Below are positions 36,803-51,301 of a stretch of 64,000 bases of DNA, piece after piece. Position 1 is the stretch's first letter, and each line of letters begins with the position of its first letter. The stretch covers positions 1 to 64,000 of the forward strand of contig CM102288.1 in assembly GCA_046563655.1 (NCBI GenBank). The letters are read 5' to 3'. The notes under the pieces are model-generated. The model searched no databases. It saw nothing but the letters and a program-made list of their open reading frames with translations, and had not been told where the DNA came from. Source of the stretch: Yuukianura sp. NJ FZ-2021. Lineage: Eukaryota. A program made the position numbers and the translations under genes.

Positions 36803-39411
36803 CAAGTCGGGCTTGTTTGCAATCTTCTGCTCACAGAGCAACGACTTTGCAATGGGATATCCCATCCGTAACCTCTTGTCACTTCTAATACTTCCACAGC
36901 ATGAGTCAACTGTTCCTTTGTGTTTCAGTTTACGCTTTGTACGGGAAGGAGTACGCAGACTACTTGTATCTCCTCGGCCCAGTTTCCCTCGTCTTCCTCA
37001 ATCCAAGTAAGGATTTCATTTCTACGCTCCAGCCATCATATAATGAGCTCAAATACTTTGATTTTTCAATTGTGCGATAGTTGGGTTCGTGTTTATGGAG
37101 ATCTCAAAACAAAACCGTGTGGAAGGAAGGGCGATGGACACCGGCGCTCCTTCCCCTCCCTCCAAGACTTGTACGTTGGGCGTGATGAAGAAAGTGGTGG
37201 TGGGAGTGTGTCTCAATCCCGTTGTGCTCATGACTGCTCTTGGCATCGCTGCCAACTTCATTTTCCACCACTCCATTCCTCAGACGATAGCTGGAGTGCT
37301 CACGATGCTCGGCTCCGCCTTCTCAGCCTCTGCTCTCTTTTCTCTTGGACTCACAATGGTGGGAAGTGCTGCGTCACTCAAAGGACCTGGATTCGTTGTA
37401 CCTGGGATTCTGATTGCTCTCAAACTGTAAGGCACTTGATCACTTCTATTTATTCTACTTCTCACTTCTTTCCTTTGTTTCCTAGCATATTTCTGCCTGT
37501 CATTTCGAGGGAGTTTGTGAATGTGCTCAATCCACCACAGTTCGGAAACGACACAGTGACCATGGCCAACTACGCTTTCCTCTACGGCACACTTCCAACA
37601 GGTAACTCAAATTATTATACACACAATCTTCTTATCAATTCTAATATCAATCTTTCAACATTAGCACACACTTAATTTCTATTTTGACATCCATAGCTCC
37701 CGGTGTCTTCGTCTTTGCCTGTCAGTATGAAATTTATGTTGAGATGGTAAGGAAATTCCCCTTGTGCGCACAATTCCGGAGTCAGAATGTTGGAAATACT
37801 TGAAGATGAATTTGGATTTGTAGATTGCTGGAGCCATGGTTGCCTGCACTTTTATTTCTGCTCCACTCATGTTCCTCGCCTCCAGCATGATTTCTCTCAA
37901 AGATTTAGACCCCAGCGACTACATTGGAAACTTTGAGCAGTTCCTCCTCAACATCTCCATTGTTGGAATCGTCACTGCTGTCAGTACAAATCTACAAATT
38001 CCTATCACTTTTCCTAAAGTTATTCTTAAATATTTCAACTTTTTTGTTATTAGATGTGGGTGGTTGTGGTGTTCGTTTTGAGTGAGAAATGGAAAAGAGT
38101 TCCTCATTGCATTACGCTTTGTCTAGTATTGTCACAGGTACTACCTTACTTTTTACTACTGGACTCCTCTCATGTCGTAAAATGAAAAGAAAAAGTGTCA
38201 TTTTGTTTTAATGTTTGTTGTAGGTTGTGGCCTGCCTTGGTGGAATTGTGTGGTGCATTTTTGGAGTGGATGTGAAGAGCAGCATTGGCCTCTACTTCCA
38301 GTTTGCTCTTTTTTACTTTGGGATTTTGAGTACCCGCGTCTGGACAGCACTCTTGGCCACAACTCTTGTCTTTGTTCGATGCAGAAGTGTCTGCTTTCTA
38401 CTGCGCATGAGACCTTGGCTCACTCTCATTGGATGGGGGTAAGGAAAACGTAATTCCAATATCCAATTTCTAAATAGTACTGTACTTTCTGTTTCCTAGA
38501 ATTCCAGCCGTCATCACTGCTCTTCTACTCCTCACAGTGGGACATGAAACGGAAGAGAGGAGACAGAATCCGCTGTTTCAGTACGGAAAGTCACAAGCCA
38601 GTGTCTCCGCCCTCGTGCTCGTCGTCTGCTTTGTAGGTATGCTGCCCAGCCTAAGTATTACGTTATGTATATAGTTATTTACAACCCATATGTATATTTT
38701 TACATCTTGTTCTATGCAAATGTGTGTTGAATTGAAATGTTGAATTTGTTGACAGTGACTGTTGGTTGCTTGGTGTTGCAACAACGGTACGAGCGGAAGT
38801 GGACGCAGTTCAGAACGCAACTGACCGACTCTCAACTTCCTCCACCTCAACTGCTGGATGAAGACGAAGAGGAACTGCTTGGAAACGAGGAAAACAGTAA
38901 TGGAGTTGCCGCTGGCCCTTCCCTCCAGTGTGGAGGGTGTCCCCAAGCCTCGACCTGCACCAACACAAATTTGTCTCAAATTGAGGATTTGGTGGAGTCG
39001 GATGAAGAGAGTTTGTTGAGCTACTCTGCTCAACTCTGCTCTCCCTCCAAGCATCCTTGTGACGCCAGGCAAAGAACTCAATGTCGCTCCTTGGTCCAAC
39101 AATATCGAGCAGCCAATCCTCAAGTCGCAAGTGACGCAGATCCAGACGAGTTGCAGCTCCTGCGCCACATTGTGCTCCTCATCCTCCTCTCCATCTCCAT
39201 GTTTGTCGTAAGTGTGGAATCATTCTTACTTTTAACATTACTTTTGAATCAGTTACTTTTTCCTTCCCAGGGAATCGCTCTCTGTGTGTGGACACTCGTG
39301 ATGGAGACTTTGTCTGGAATCTATGTGGAGCTCATGTTCCTCGATGCAGGGCTCAATTTTGGTCAAGGTTTCCTCAGCTTCATGCTCTTTGGACTCACTT
39401 GGGCTGGCTAA
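36286..39411 (+). CDS. GPR155: Integral membrane protein GPR155 (LYCHOS/anchor), multi-exon; no DEP domain seen
   Basis: Spliced MANT|VDHSGDGIQALYPAVIQCFSVIILG|YLAGKWGL..GLNTFIGSFSLPALVF; later motifs SQSNDFAMGYPI, YAFLYGTLPTAPGVFVFA, AMVACTFISAPLMF, QLLRHIVLLILL, GIYVELMFLDAGLNFGQG. Confidence 0.9.
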
Positions 39412-39977
39412 GAACCTCCTCAATTGTGTCTCAAGGTACTTGACACTTTATTAGGACTTTTAATAAGTCTATTCATGGACACAGACAGGAATTCCCAACC
39501 TTCCTCTGGAAACGAACTGGAATTGAAATTTCATAGCCCTCTCATGAAGTGGGAATTCCAATTGTAAAAGTGTTAACTTTAACAAGGCGACAAAAGATGA
39601 CCAAATCTTATGGTGTCCCAGTTCTTTGTGGATCCTGGGGTGAGGTCATTCCAAGTCTCAAAGGCTAGTCCAATTTTAGGAATTTTATCACTTGACTCTG
39701 TTTTTTTTTTCCAATAAAATAGTAGTATTATTTTCAAAAACTAAGGACTTAAGTATCCTACTTGACGGTATCTCCTAATGACTATACGGCACCTAACTAA
39801 TCCATTTCCAACTATATTTCTAGATCTCGGGAGTTATCACAACTTCAGTTTAGTCCAAAATACAAAAGGCCACACTTCCGTCTCTTCCTTCAGCCAAATC
39901 ACAGAGGTCAAGTAGCTTGTTGTCTCCTAGCTACGCCACTTTCCGTCGGTGGGTGGGTGGGGTCAAGGTTACTGAGG

Positions 39978-42346
39978 TCAAGGGCAGCCGCACTCCTCGA
40001 CGATCATCTTGGGGAGATCTCTCTTGATGATGTTGAGATCGGGACCAAAGTAGATGAGAGACATGGAGGAGAACTTGGTGGGGGCACAGCAGGGCGTGAG
40101 GCCACTGAGCTCCATCTGCCCCTGCGCAGTTCTGCGATACTCCTCCATGACGTGTGTGTGGTAGTTGAGGAAAGTGTCAGGAGTGCGGTGGACTCCGCCG
40201 CAGTGCCCTTTGCAGTAGTTGGCGTAGTACCCCCGGGGGGCAATGATCCAGTCCTCCCATCCCAACTCCTGGAAACTCACAAAGAACCGCTGTTTGCAGC
40301 ACTGCTTCAAGCGGGGACTGCACTCCAGCGTCCTCCTCCGCTTCCTCTTCACTTGAGGGCCTGTCTCTGTCTCCAGGACTAAGAACGGCACTTCCAGGTT
40401 GTGGTGGGGCTCACTGGAGTTGTGGTGGGGCTCACTGAGTTGAGTGGGCGGGGGATCACTGAACAGAAGGGGCTTCACAGAAGTGCCGCATCCCGAGCAG
40501 TCTATGAGGATTGTGAGTTTGTGGCCTGGATGAGTGTGGTTGTGGTTGTGGGAATGTCGGATGCGGTGGCGACTCAGTTTTGAGTACCACCTTTGGACCG
40601 TGGCTGTCACATCTAGTTTCTGCCACCCCAAGGAGTCGATGGGCACTGTTTTGGAGACGACGAGGTCAAGGGTCACATCCTGTGATCAAAATCAAGTTAG
40701 AATGCTTAGTAGTGGAAGAATAAGAGTGTAGTCAGTGTGACTGACCTGAGGACGAAGGTGGTTGACCTGTGAGTGCGTGTAGTTGACCTGGAAGGCGTAG
40801 AGCGTGACCCCTTTGGGGTGGAGCACTTGCCCAAACTGCGGACCTAGTTTGGATTCATAGTTTACTTTCACCCACAACTGAGCTTTCTTCACCCGAACGC
40901 CGACCCCAACGGCATTTTGCCCAGCAAACGAGAACGTGAGTAGAGGCTGGTCATTTAGAACAGGGCCTGCAGGCACAACACAAAAGAGACGCTTAAACAA
41001 TTAGCCCTCCAAATTCTACTTTTGACCTCTCAAAACTTACTCAATTTGGAATTTTAACTTTCATCGACTAATAAAAAAAAGTCATAAACTAAAAACCAGT
41101 TATGCAGATCTCCATTTTCCTCATTTTTGTTATTCCCAATTTAGTAATGACAATTTGATTAGTTCAAGTCATTGGAGGGGGATGAAAAGTCGTGAGATTC
41201 AAGTGACAGGTCAAACCCGAGTTCACGTAAAATTCTCTCCGTTTCTCTCAAAACCTGTTTGTCATCTTTCCAAATTGTGTGCTGTTCGTGAGTACAAAAA
41301 AACAGTTTCAATTGTTTTTAGAACCATTGTATTTTTTTGCAAAAGATTAGTCAACTCTATTCTTGGGATGTTCATGATTTTGTTGAAATGCTAAGTATAG
41401 CATTAGAAGGACGTGTCTAGACGCTTGAGATATTTGTGAGCAATTTGCAAATGTTTAATAAATTTTGGACTGGAGAATGAAGGATAGTAATTATGATTTA
41501 AATTGGTTGGAGAGAAGAGCAAAAACAAAGTGATTATGATTTGAGTTGTTTGTGCAAAATTGCAGTTCTATTCCAAGTGCTGGAGCCAGTGGCAAAGTAA
41601 TTAAAAATGTATTGTGAAGGATATTGAATATTTAAATCCCTAACAGGTATGAAGGCAATTGAACAAAACATTGGAAAAACAAGTTTGAAGGGACGTGTGG
41701 CTCCAAGGTGGCGTCAACCACACCCACCCCAAAAAAAAAACTGCAGCAACGTGCTCCGTCTGGACCTCTAAAGTGGGACAACCGGCGACGAATTCTAGTC
41801 ACGTCAAAATGAAATCCAAAATTAAACTGGGTCTAAAGTAGTGGAATTAACGTTTGGTTTTAGTAATTTTATGGAAGTTGAAAATGGTTTGAGTGTTTGA
41901 AGAATGAGGAAGAGATGAAATGTGGTGGTTCATGGCAAGTGCCGTTCAGTCATCACAATTTTCTTAATTTTGAACGAGAATTGAAATGGAATCATTTGAA
42001 AAATGAACTGACCTTTTTCTGGGAAAGAGATGATTTCAGAAGTTTTTGCATAGTTGGACACTTCTTCTTCGTCTTGTGGGGAGTGCCCCCCTCCGATGGA
42101 GGGCCCTTGGAAGTCCTCCACGCCCTCTGCTCGTCTCAGCGTCTCCAGCACCAAGTCCCTGCTCAGCTTGTGACTCAAGTCCACGACTGGCTTCGTCGTG
42201 AGTCCGAGTCGCTGGAGGATCTGGGCCTTGATGTACTCTTTTCTCAAGGCGTCCTGGACGTGGGGCAGCGGTGGGGCCGGTTGAAGTGTGGCGAAGGTGG
42301 GGCGGAGCACTAGGACGAATAGAGCCACGACAGAGGTGAGGATCAT
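39978..42346 (-). CDS. Actbeta: Activin-beta (inhibin beta / TGF-beta family) precursor, 3 exons
   Basis: Signal peptide MILTSVVALFVLVL, prodomain IKAQILQRLGL, furin site RKRRR, and mature domain CCKQRFFVSF..GWEDWIIAPRGYYANYCKGHC..CCAPTKFSSMSLIYF..IIKRDLPKMIVEECGCP. The start codon is uncertain. Confidence 0.93.
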
Positions 42347-43686
42347 GATGAGCCCGGAGGAGACTCCATGGTGGCTACTGGTGGGGCATGGTGGCACTTT
42401 AGGTGGCTTGTGGTCAGAGGCCAATTCCAGTCTGTCCAGAAACTGAGCCAGTCTCCACACCAGACAGTTGAGGATGGGTGGCTATCACCCTCCCAACTTC
42501 ATCTTTGCATCTCCCTCACCCTCTGCATCTGTGGAGTGCCAAAAGTTGTTGTGCCAAGAACAGGAAGAGGGAATACCCAGAGGAGAGTTGTGTCCGGAGG
42601 TCAGAGGGCGATTAGCAGAGGTCAGCTCCAATCTCAAACACTCCTCCACTAATATTAGACATGACAAACAAATAGCGGAGTGATGAAATCCAAACTTAAT
42701 CTATTGTTCCTCCAAGTTGTCAATTTGAAATGTTGATGTTTGTTGAAGGGATTCGGATGAACATAAGATGGATAAGCCAACATGTTGTTGTGGATGGGAG
42801 TGGTTGGGTTTGAGTGATTGATGAGACAAAGATTGGCTGAGGGGATGTTGTCTGGATGTGCACAATGTTGTGACCCACTTCCAGTCCCCACTTAATCTTC
42901 ATCTTCACAACCATTTTCCACAATTCAGCATCTTTACCACTCGGAAATTAAATTACCCTTGAACTGTGACAACCGAAACACAGTCAAGGCCTTTCCCCAC
43001 TTTCTCCTCACATCACAAGGTTTTTAAGCATCTTCCACTCTATTTTTTCCTAACTTTCCACAACATACACTTACTCTAATTTAAACTACTCCAACAAAAA
43101 TAACTTTAACTTTAATAAAATGTATATAGCTTTATAATAGCCTTAATACATTATTGGATTACATACATATTAGATTCAGATTCTGAAAGCGGCCTTCCTT
43201 TGGTTCATGATTTTTGTGTAGAATTGTGTGACTTTGGTTTCCTTTTATACTATAAGAGAGAGGAGTAGCGTCTTTTACTCCTGTATTTATGTGATTCCTC
43301 TCCCGAGTGCGGACCGATAAGCTAAGGAAGTGCTTTCGAAATTAATCTTTTTTGTCTCAGCTGGGGCAAGGTGAGACCATTAAAGAGGCCGGCGGGATTT
43401 TTCGCCCAATTCAAAACACTTTTGCTCAGTTTCTAATTTCATGTGGATCAGCTGACTTTTCCTGTCTAATTGTGAATTGTGTAAGTGATTAAAATTTGTG
43501 GTTAAATTTTAGTTAATTACTGAGTTTGGATCAGATGTGGACTTGATAGGTAGGAGTACTTTGGTTGCAAAGCATGAGAAGGGACATATCCAGGATACGA
43601 AGGACACGTACACTTACTTTCTCTGGACGTCGCACACACGAAAGGTGACGTAGGATTCCATTAACGTCGTTTTATCCAGAATCAGA

Positions 43687-45609
43687 ATGGATCCAGCAGC
43701 TGGAGGTACTCACGAGGCAACTGCTGAATCAGAGTTTGCGGACGTCAAAAAACTGGTGTGGGGAAGTCATATCAAAGAAGAGCTCTTCAAACGCTGGTCA
43801 CAAGGTAACTTTACACCAACTAAAACAAAAGTTATTCCGTTAATTAATTGAGTGTTTCTTAATTTGGCTTAGGGTTCGTGTTCAGCCCAGAGGAACCAAC
43901 GGCCTTAGTCCAGTTGGAGGGTGGTCCTTGTGCCATCATAGCTCCAGTCCAAGCATTCATTCTCAAGCACATTTTAACTGACTCTTCTGTCCTCCAGGAG
44001 AATCGATGGAGAAGGGTAATTCCATTTCATCCTACTCGAAATAGCAACATCCACTGATTTCATCAACTTTTTATGTTGTTAGCTTCCGCCGCAGTCAGTG
44101 GACGTGTACTTTGTGAAAGCCTTGACGCAAATCCTGTGCCAAGCTCGAAATGTTCAATCCAAAGGAATTTTGCCCCCTCCAGCCCCACCACCCAACTCTC
44201 CTTCGTCCAAATTGGCCCAGATCCAGGGAAACCAACCATCGTCACCTTCCTTGAATGCTGCCAGTAGTGCCAGTTATGACTTGCACAAGTCTCCTCTTCA
44301 TCCCCCCACAGACCATTTCTCTTTAGTTTTTTTGAACGAACCTTTGTCCAGTCGAGTATCCCAAGAATCGGATCACGACTCAGACTCCATCACACCTCCC
44401 ACCATCCTCGAATCCAACAAAAGACTCCATCGCTCAGAACAACAAATCTTCCATCGGTAACTCCAAAACAATCACAGAAACTGAATTTGAGAGCAGAATT
44501 TGTTTCACTTTGTACATTTTCCGTTTGTTGTTTTAGGAATTTGCGAGTTCTTCGCCTGGAGAGTGAAGATCAGGTGGAGCGTGTTTTGATGGAGAAACTG
44601 GATGCGCTAAAGGGCTACTACGGAATTCTCCAGTTTCTTTACTCCGTTATCCTAACAAAGGGAATTGCTGAACTTGGTGTGGAGACATCTGAAGTGACGG
44701 AACTGATTGATCCTGTTCATGGTCATGGAAGCCAAAGTCTAATTAACTTGATGCTCACCGGAAGAGGCGTCAACTACGTTTGGGACCACGAACAGGACGT
44801 GGGAGGCCTAAGTAAAACAACTTTATGCAACTCTTTTTCTGAGTAAACAATTTTCAACTTTATTTACAACTTTTTCGTTTTTTACAGAGCTGGTGGGGAT
44901 TGTTGAGCCAGTGGAGATTGGTTTCTTGACTCTGCTGGAGAGACTGCGCTATTGCGAAGTTGGTTCCTTTTTTAAGAACCCCAAGTTCCCTATTTGGGTT
45001 GTGGGAAGCGAAACGCATCTAACAGGTCAGTCATCCTCTTCGTCTTTTCAACTTGTGTTCGTTTTATAAAAGTGTTTTGAATTTCAGTGCTGTTCTCCAC
45101 AAATATGAACTTAGTATGTCCAGAGACCCCGGCAGAAACAGCTCGACGAGTGTTTCATGGATTTGATCCCGAAGGAAACAACTTCATCTCCGCCGTTCTG
45201 CTGGAGGATGTCCTCAAGACCTTGGACTTGGTTTCAGACTCAGCTTAGTAAGCAACTCTTCCTCTTCTGCTTTCTCCTCACCAACTTGTCTCTTTTGTGT
45301 AGTGTGGAGGTCATGAAGAGTCGACTGGATCCAGAGACTTTGGGAATCATTTTACTCAACGATTTCATGGACGAATTTTTCCCGAATGAAAAGGTTGCTC
45401 GTCCAGACACCTTCAACCTCTTCCACTACAATGGACTAGCCCGCTCTTCCGTCAATGGGAAAGTGACTTATCAGGAAGGGAATGCCATTCTGCTGGAAAC
45501 TGACCTCCGGTGCCTGTCGGACGACAACAAAATCCTCACTTGTCTCCAGACGAAGTGGCCAAGCATCGACGTGTACTGGACTGCTGGCACTTGCCCCTCC
45601 ATCAACTAA
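43687..45609 (+). CDS. MINDY3: Ubiquitin carboxyl-terminal hydrolase MINDY-3 (FAM188A)
   Basis: Spliced FKRWSQGFVFS..ALVQLEGGPCAIIAPVQA (catalytic Cys), HGHGSQSLINLMLTG, GFLTLLERLRYCEVGS, GSETHLT, LFHYNGL, CLQTKWP. Confidence 0.92.
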
Positions 45610-46015
45610 ATCCAAGCATAACAGGAGCCAGTAATTCCCACTCTTGTTCAGTCCCTCTTAGGCAAGGAAGAGCATGGAACAATTGGAACATTAACTACTG
45701 GTAACTCTGATTCTTTAACAAATTAATAATAAAACTTGTATCCATTTCAACGCAGTACACAAAACTATTTAATTTGGATTTTGGATAAATTCCATTTCGG
45801 AATGGTAAGTCAATTCCGGGTATTAGACGGGCCCCAGGAAGGGGGAGTGGCCTATTCCTTTATTTTTGTTGTGCCTTGGAGCCATCAGCTGACGCCGCTT
45901 CATCCTCCAACCAAACTCTGTTTGGGTCACTGCACTCTGCGGCAATTGTTCCTTGGAGACATATGCTGGACGTTGTTCCCAACCTTCCAACGTAAGTGAC
46001 TTTATTACTTGTGCA

Positions 46016-49000
46016 ATGTCTCTTCCATCAATTGGGAAGGAAAGGAAGAAACCGCTGGAGCTGCTAACGCGCGAAGATGTAAGTCAATGTCACTTTGTCA
46101 AACTGGAGTCCAATTATTGAATTGTTGAATTGATTGCAGGGCGATGGAGCCTCCGAGTCCCACACCCCACCACCATCAGAACTCCAGTTGGACCAACATC
46201 CACTCTGCGCCTCCAGTGACGAAGAAGATGACAGGAGAGACACGCCTTTGACTCAACTCTCCTTCAACTTGGACCTCCTAGCACTTCTACTCTTTGTCCT
46301 CTCGGCTGCCACCAGATTCTACAACCTCAATTACCCTCAGCACATTGTGTAACTTAACAATTCACACAACATTAAATGGAATTTACATTTGTATTTACAT
46401 TTGTTTAGGTTTGATGAATTGCATTATGGGAAGTACGCTTCCCTGTACCTCCGTCGAGTTTTCTTCTTTGACCCCCATCCTCCCTTGGGCAAACAGTTGA
46501 TTGCTGCTTCAGCCTTCCTCTTTGACCCCAACTACAACGGAACTTTCAAGTTTGAGCGAATAGGAGCACCTTACCCCAGTTGGGTGCCGCTCTTCGGACT
46601 TCGCTTTGTCCCGGCACTCACTGGATCACTTATCCCTACTTCAGCATACGCTCTTGTTCGGGAAATTGGAATTCCACACCAGTTCGCTTTCCTCGCAGGA
46701 CTACTCATCATCATCGGTAACACTCAACGCTCTCAATTTACATCCTCATTTCTCAATTTACAAAATACTTCCAATTTCTTCATTTCAGACAATGCGATCC
46801 TCATCCAGTCTCGTCACATTCTCATGGAAATGCCCATGATACTCTTTGGTCTCCTCGCCATCCTATTCGCCCTTAAATTCACAAAAGCAAGAGTGACACA
46901 ACTCAATCCAAAAACATTCATTTTCATCGCTCTCTCCGCCTTTTTTGGAACGCTGTCCTTGTGGTACAAAATATTTACATTTTGAACTTTTCTATAACTT
47001 TCAAAATCCACTTTTTTCTCTTTCTTTATGTATTACATTGACAGTGTCAAGTACGTGGGATGCTTCTACTCCCTACTATCTTCAGGGATCATAGGAGGTC
47101 ATCTCTGGACCAAAGTTGTGCCAAACCGAAGTGTGTCTTCGTCCCGCGTTGTGCAGTTGCTACTCACTGCTGCTCTTGTGTATGGAGCAACTGCCTCTGT
47201 CACTTACATTGCTATTTTCTACGTCCATCTCAGTTGCCTCATCAATGCTGGGCCTCACGACTCTGTCATGACGTCTGCCTTCCAAGCCAGTCTCAACGTA
47301 AGGTCCAAATACTCAATTGAAAGAAAGTGATTTTGTTACAATTTGCCTGGACAGGGTGGACTGGCATCGATAGTGAGAGGGCAACCACTGGAAGTGGCCC
47401 ATGGATCACAAGTCACTCTGCGTCACTCTCTTGGAAGACCTTGTTGGCTCCACTCGCATCTCCACAACTACCCACTCAAATACACGGATGGAAGAGGCTC
47501 ATCGCACCAACAACAAGTCACATGCTACTCTTTCAAGGTTACGAAATCATCCCAATTCCTTACTGTCATTTTGTTTACTTTTTGGTTTCATTTGTCATTA
47601 TTTAGGATGTGAACAATTGGTGGATCGTGAAGCGTCCGAATGTGGATAACTTGGGAGTGAACGAGACGAGAGACATGATTCGAGATGGGGATGAAATTCA
47701 TTTAGTTCATGGCATGAGTGGCAGACTCCTCAACTCACACGACGTCGCAGCTCCACAAAGTCCTCAAAACCAGGTCACCACTTCCCACTTTCTATGTTTT
47801 AACGTAAAAGTTTGAAGTGACTATGTTATGAGGGCTAACTTTTGAATTGGGATTTAGGAAGTGAGTTGCTACATTGACTTCAACGTGTCCATGCCAGCAC
47901 AACCACTGTGGCGAGTGGACGTTGTTGGGGGTTGCAAGAGGAGTGGAGAGCGCTGTCCTTGGGAAGCTGTTCGATCCACTGTTCGGTTGGTTCATGTGAC
48001 CACTGGACAAGCACTGCGCATGAGTGGGAAGCAACTGCCCAAATGGGCATTCAACCAACATGAAGTCGTCACTGATCGCATAGTGGTGCAAGACGACACC
48101 ATTTGGAACGTCGAAGAACATCGCTATACCAAGAGTATCCAAACTAACTAATCACTTTTCAACTATAATATAATATAACTATAAAGTTAACCAAATTAAG
48201 TTTAAACAGACTGTTAATATGGTAGGTGAGAAGGATCGTGAGAAGGAGCTTCTGGAGGCTGAGATGATTCCGACTGAGCGGACAGTCCTTTCCTTCTGGT
48301 CCAAATTCCTGGAACTCCAGTGGAAGATGGTTGTGAGCAGTGGAAGTGGAGATGGGGACTCACATGCCTACTCATCCTCTCCTCTGGAGTGGCCACTTTT
48401 ATCCAGGGGTATTGCATATTGGGTTGCCCAGGGCAACAATGCTCAAATCCATCTCCTCGGAAATCCTATTCTTTGGATTTCAGCATCAATCTTCCTCCTC
48501 CTCTTTTTAATTGTTCTCATGATCCACCTCATGGCCAGACGCCGTCACTTCCAACTCCTCTCCGACAGTAAGGATTTGTTAATTTCTTCAACAGTTCCAT
48601 TTTACTCATGATTACTTTGAATTTAGATGAATTTTCACTGATCACATTCCAAAGTATGGTGCTGGGGGGAGGTTATTTCCTCACATACACTTACCACTTC
48701 TGCCTCGACCGAACGCTCTTCCTCCATCACTACTTGCCCTCCTACGTCTTCAAGATTCTGCTGGGCGTCGTTTTCCTCAAGCACATTGGCACTCTAGCAG
48801 AGTAACATCCAAATACTGGCAGCATTATTTTGGCAAGCACTAATTGTTGATTTGGTTACAGGCGAAAGGGACTTGGTTGGCTGTTTACTGGCGGCCTCTT
48901 CCTCTGGATTGTGTCTCTCCTGTGGGCCTTTGTGCAGTTGGGTCCCTTGACCTATGGAAATCCACCGTTGCATAAAAGTGAACTGGAAGCTCTTCGCTGG

Positions 49001-49039
49001 AGGTCGGAGTGGGACTTCATTGTGCAGTCTAACGAATGA
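46016..49039 (+). CDS. POMT1: Protein O-mannosyltransferase 1 (rotated abdomen ortholog)
   Basis: [83 protein letters not shown] (MIR), [10 protein letters not shown]. The start is inferred from splice phase. Confidence 0.93.
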
Positions 49040-49170
49040 CCTTTGACATTTAACGCAACTCCAATCTCATCTTCTCATCATTCACTCCGTCCAAATTCCT
49101 ACGTTAATTTATTCCAAGTTTAGGTTGTTCCGGGGCTAATATTTTAGGATTGTGAAGGGAAATTGACTTG

Positions 49171-51301
49171 CTAGGATTTAAGTATTTGTTGATTTAGTTT
49201 TCGGAGATTCCTGAGAATCAAATACTCAATCAATTGTTTGATTTAGTGTTTTTAACAAAGTAAAGTTATGTTTAAGTTTACCTGGAGTCAACAGCTGACA
49301 CTAGATCTGTTCTACCCATGAGCGGGAAGACAATCCTTAGAGAAGTCCAGATTGAGTTAGACATGAGACTGGACTCTTTTCCAGTCGACTGTTGGTTGAG
49401 TGCAGTGAGGAAATGCTGTGCAGCTTCTCTGAAAAACAAAGTATTATACATCAACATCAGTCCACATTTTTAAAAGTATATTTGAGAATAAAGCTAAAAG
49501 TTACTTGTTTGCTCCAAGATTGGAGCATGAAATCCCGAGGTTGTACCACGTTCGAATAAAACCTGGAGTCAGTTCCAGAGCACGGCGGTAGGCACTGATA
49601 GCCTCTGCTGATTTCCCACCATTCGCAAGCGTAGCGCCCAACCGATTCCACAGCAGAGAATCCTTCAAACAACATTTTTGTTGAATTTTACCATAATTGC
49701 ACATTTGACTATTCATTTTGTGACGAGGATTAAGGTTTGTTTTTGCTTACATTTGGACGAAGACTGAGAGCAGCTCGGAAACAATCAGCAGCCTTTTCGT
49801 AGTCGCTTCCAAGGTTAAACAAAATCCCAAGGCCACACTGTACGTCTGGATCCAAATCCTGATTGGGGTTGAGACGAGCAGCTTCAAGGAAGGATTCCTG
49901 GATAGCCCTTAATTCCTCTCTAAGTTAAAGGAAATGCTTAGTAAATCCATTTGAGAGTGAAATTGTTGTTGCTTACTTGGAGACGACACTGGAAATCCTG
50001 GACTCGGTTGGTTGGGATCCAGATGATGATGGGATGAGGTGAGAGTATTTGGGGTTTCCAATTAGCCAATTCTGTAAACAAACAACATTTTACAATTTGA
50101 ATTGACTGATAGTTGCTATATTTTGATTTGTACTGCCTTGAGAGTGTGTGCTGCCTGGAGCTGGAAGGCTTCATTGGTGAGAGAAGCAGCGAGGGCGAGG
50201 AGAGCAGCTAAATTGTGGGGCTGAATCCTGAGTGCGTGGTTGAGGGCTGGAATGGCCTTGGGGTCTTGTTCGTTCTGCGCCTGCGCCTTGCCCAGCTCCA
50301 CCCAACCTTCCAAGTCCTCTGGATTCCGCTGGACAGCTGCTTCAAAGGCAAGAACTGCACTCGGAATGTTCCCTTGTTCCAGCATGGCTCTTCCTTCGGC
50401 CAGTGGATCCTTACTTGACATAAATCCATTCTCTCCACTAAACTTGTACTCCTGCAATTCAAAAGCAAAGCTAAAAGGTAAAATATGAAACTAGTTGGTG
50501 TAATTAGGATTGTTGTAGTTGTAGTAGTTGCCTGATTAAGTGCTGGATTTGACGTTGGAGTTAGCCAGGAGTGTGTTTCTTCCGCCAGTTGTTGATCCCA
50601 TTCACTTTGCAGTTTGTGCAGAAACTGTTCCTGCTCATTCTGCATTGTGAATTCGTTGACCCAGTTGCTCGTTCCAGGATTGAATTGAAACTGGAATTCG
50701 TTGGCCCATTGACTAGCCAACTGTGATTCGTTGCTACTCAATTCCTTCTCGACTGTGGACATGAAATCAGCAGCACTAGGCAATTCCCTTGTCAATCTCC
50801 TTGGCTCCAACTCCTCTGTCCATTGTTGTCCAACTGATTCTGTCCATGCCTGGTCCATGTCCGGTGTCAACGTCACAAATTCGTCACTCCATACCTGCAA
50901 CAACCACTTTTCAATTCCTTTGAGGAAATTGTTATCTGAACTGTGAATTCAACTGACATTAGCCGCGTGTGAGTCCTGTGCAGATGAAAATTCCTGCGTC
51001 CACATTTGTTCCAGTTGTCCTTGGTCCAAGGATTGAATCTCCTGAGCCAGTGAATCCATTTGGAGCCTTGAGGCCACATTTTCCGTCGGTGGCTGACATA
51101 CCTTAGTTATAAAAACAACAGTTTAGCACCTTTTAATACTGCACTTAATATTGGAAGCACATACTTGCCAATTGTGATAAACAAAGTGGGAAGTACCTGT
51201 TGAGGTGGCTGTGTTTTGGTGAAAAGGGCAGCAGTGGCAGCAGCTCCTAGTCCCAATCCAGCAGCAATTGCTTCCCTCGTCGCAGCCGCGGAAACATTCA
51301 T
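49171..51301 (-). CDS. PEX5: Peroxisomal targeting signal 1 receptor PEX5
   Basis: WxxxF motifs (WTQEF, WSDEF, WANEF, WVNEF) and TPR domain [67 protein letters not shown]. The start is uncertain. Confidence 0.9.
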
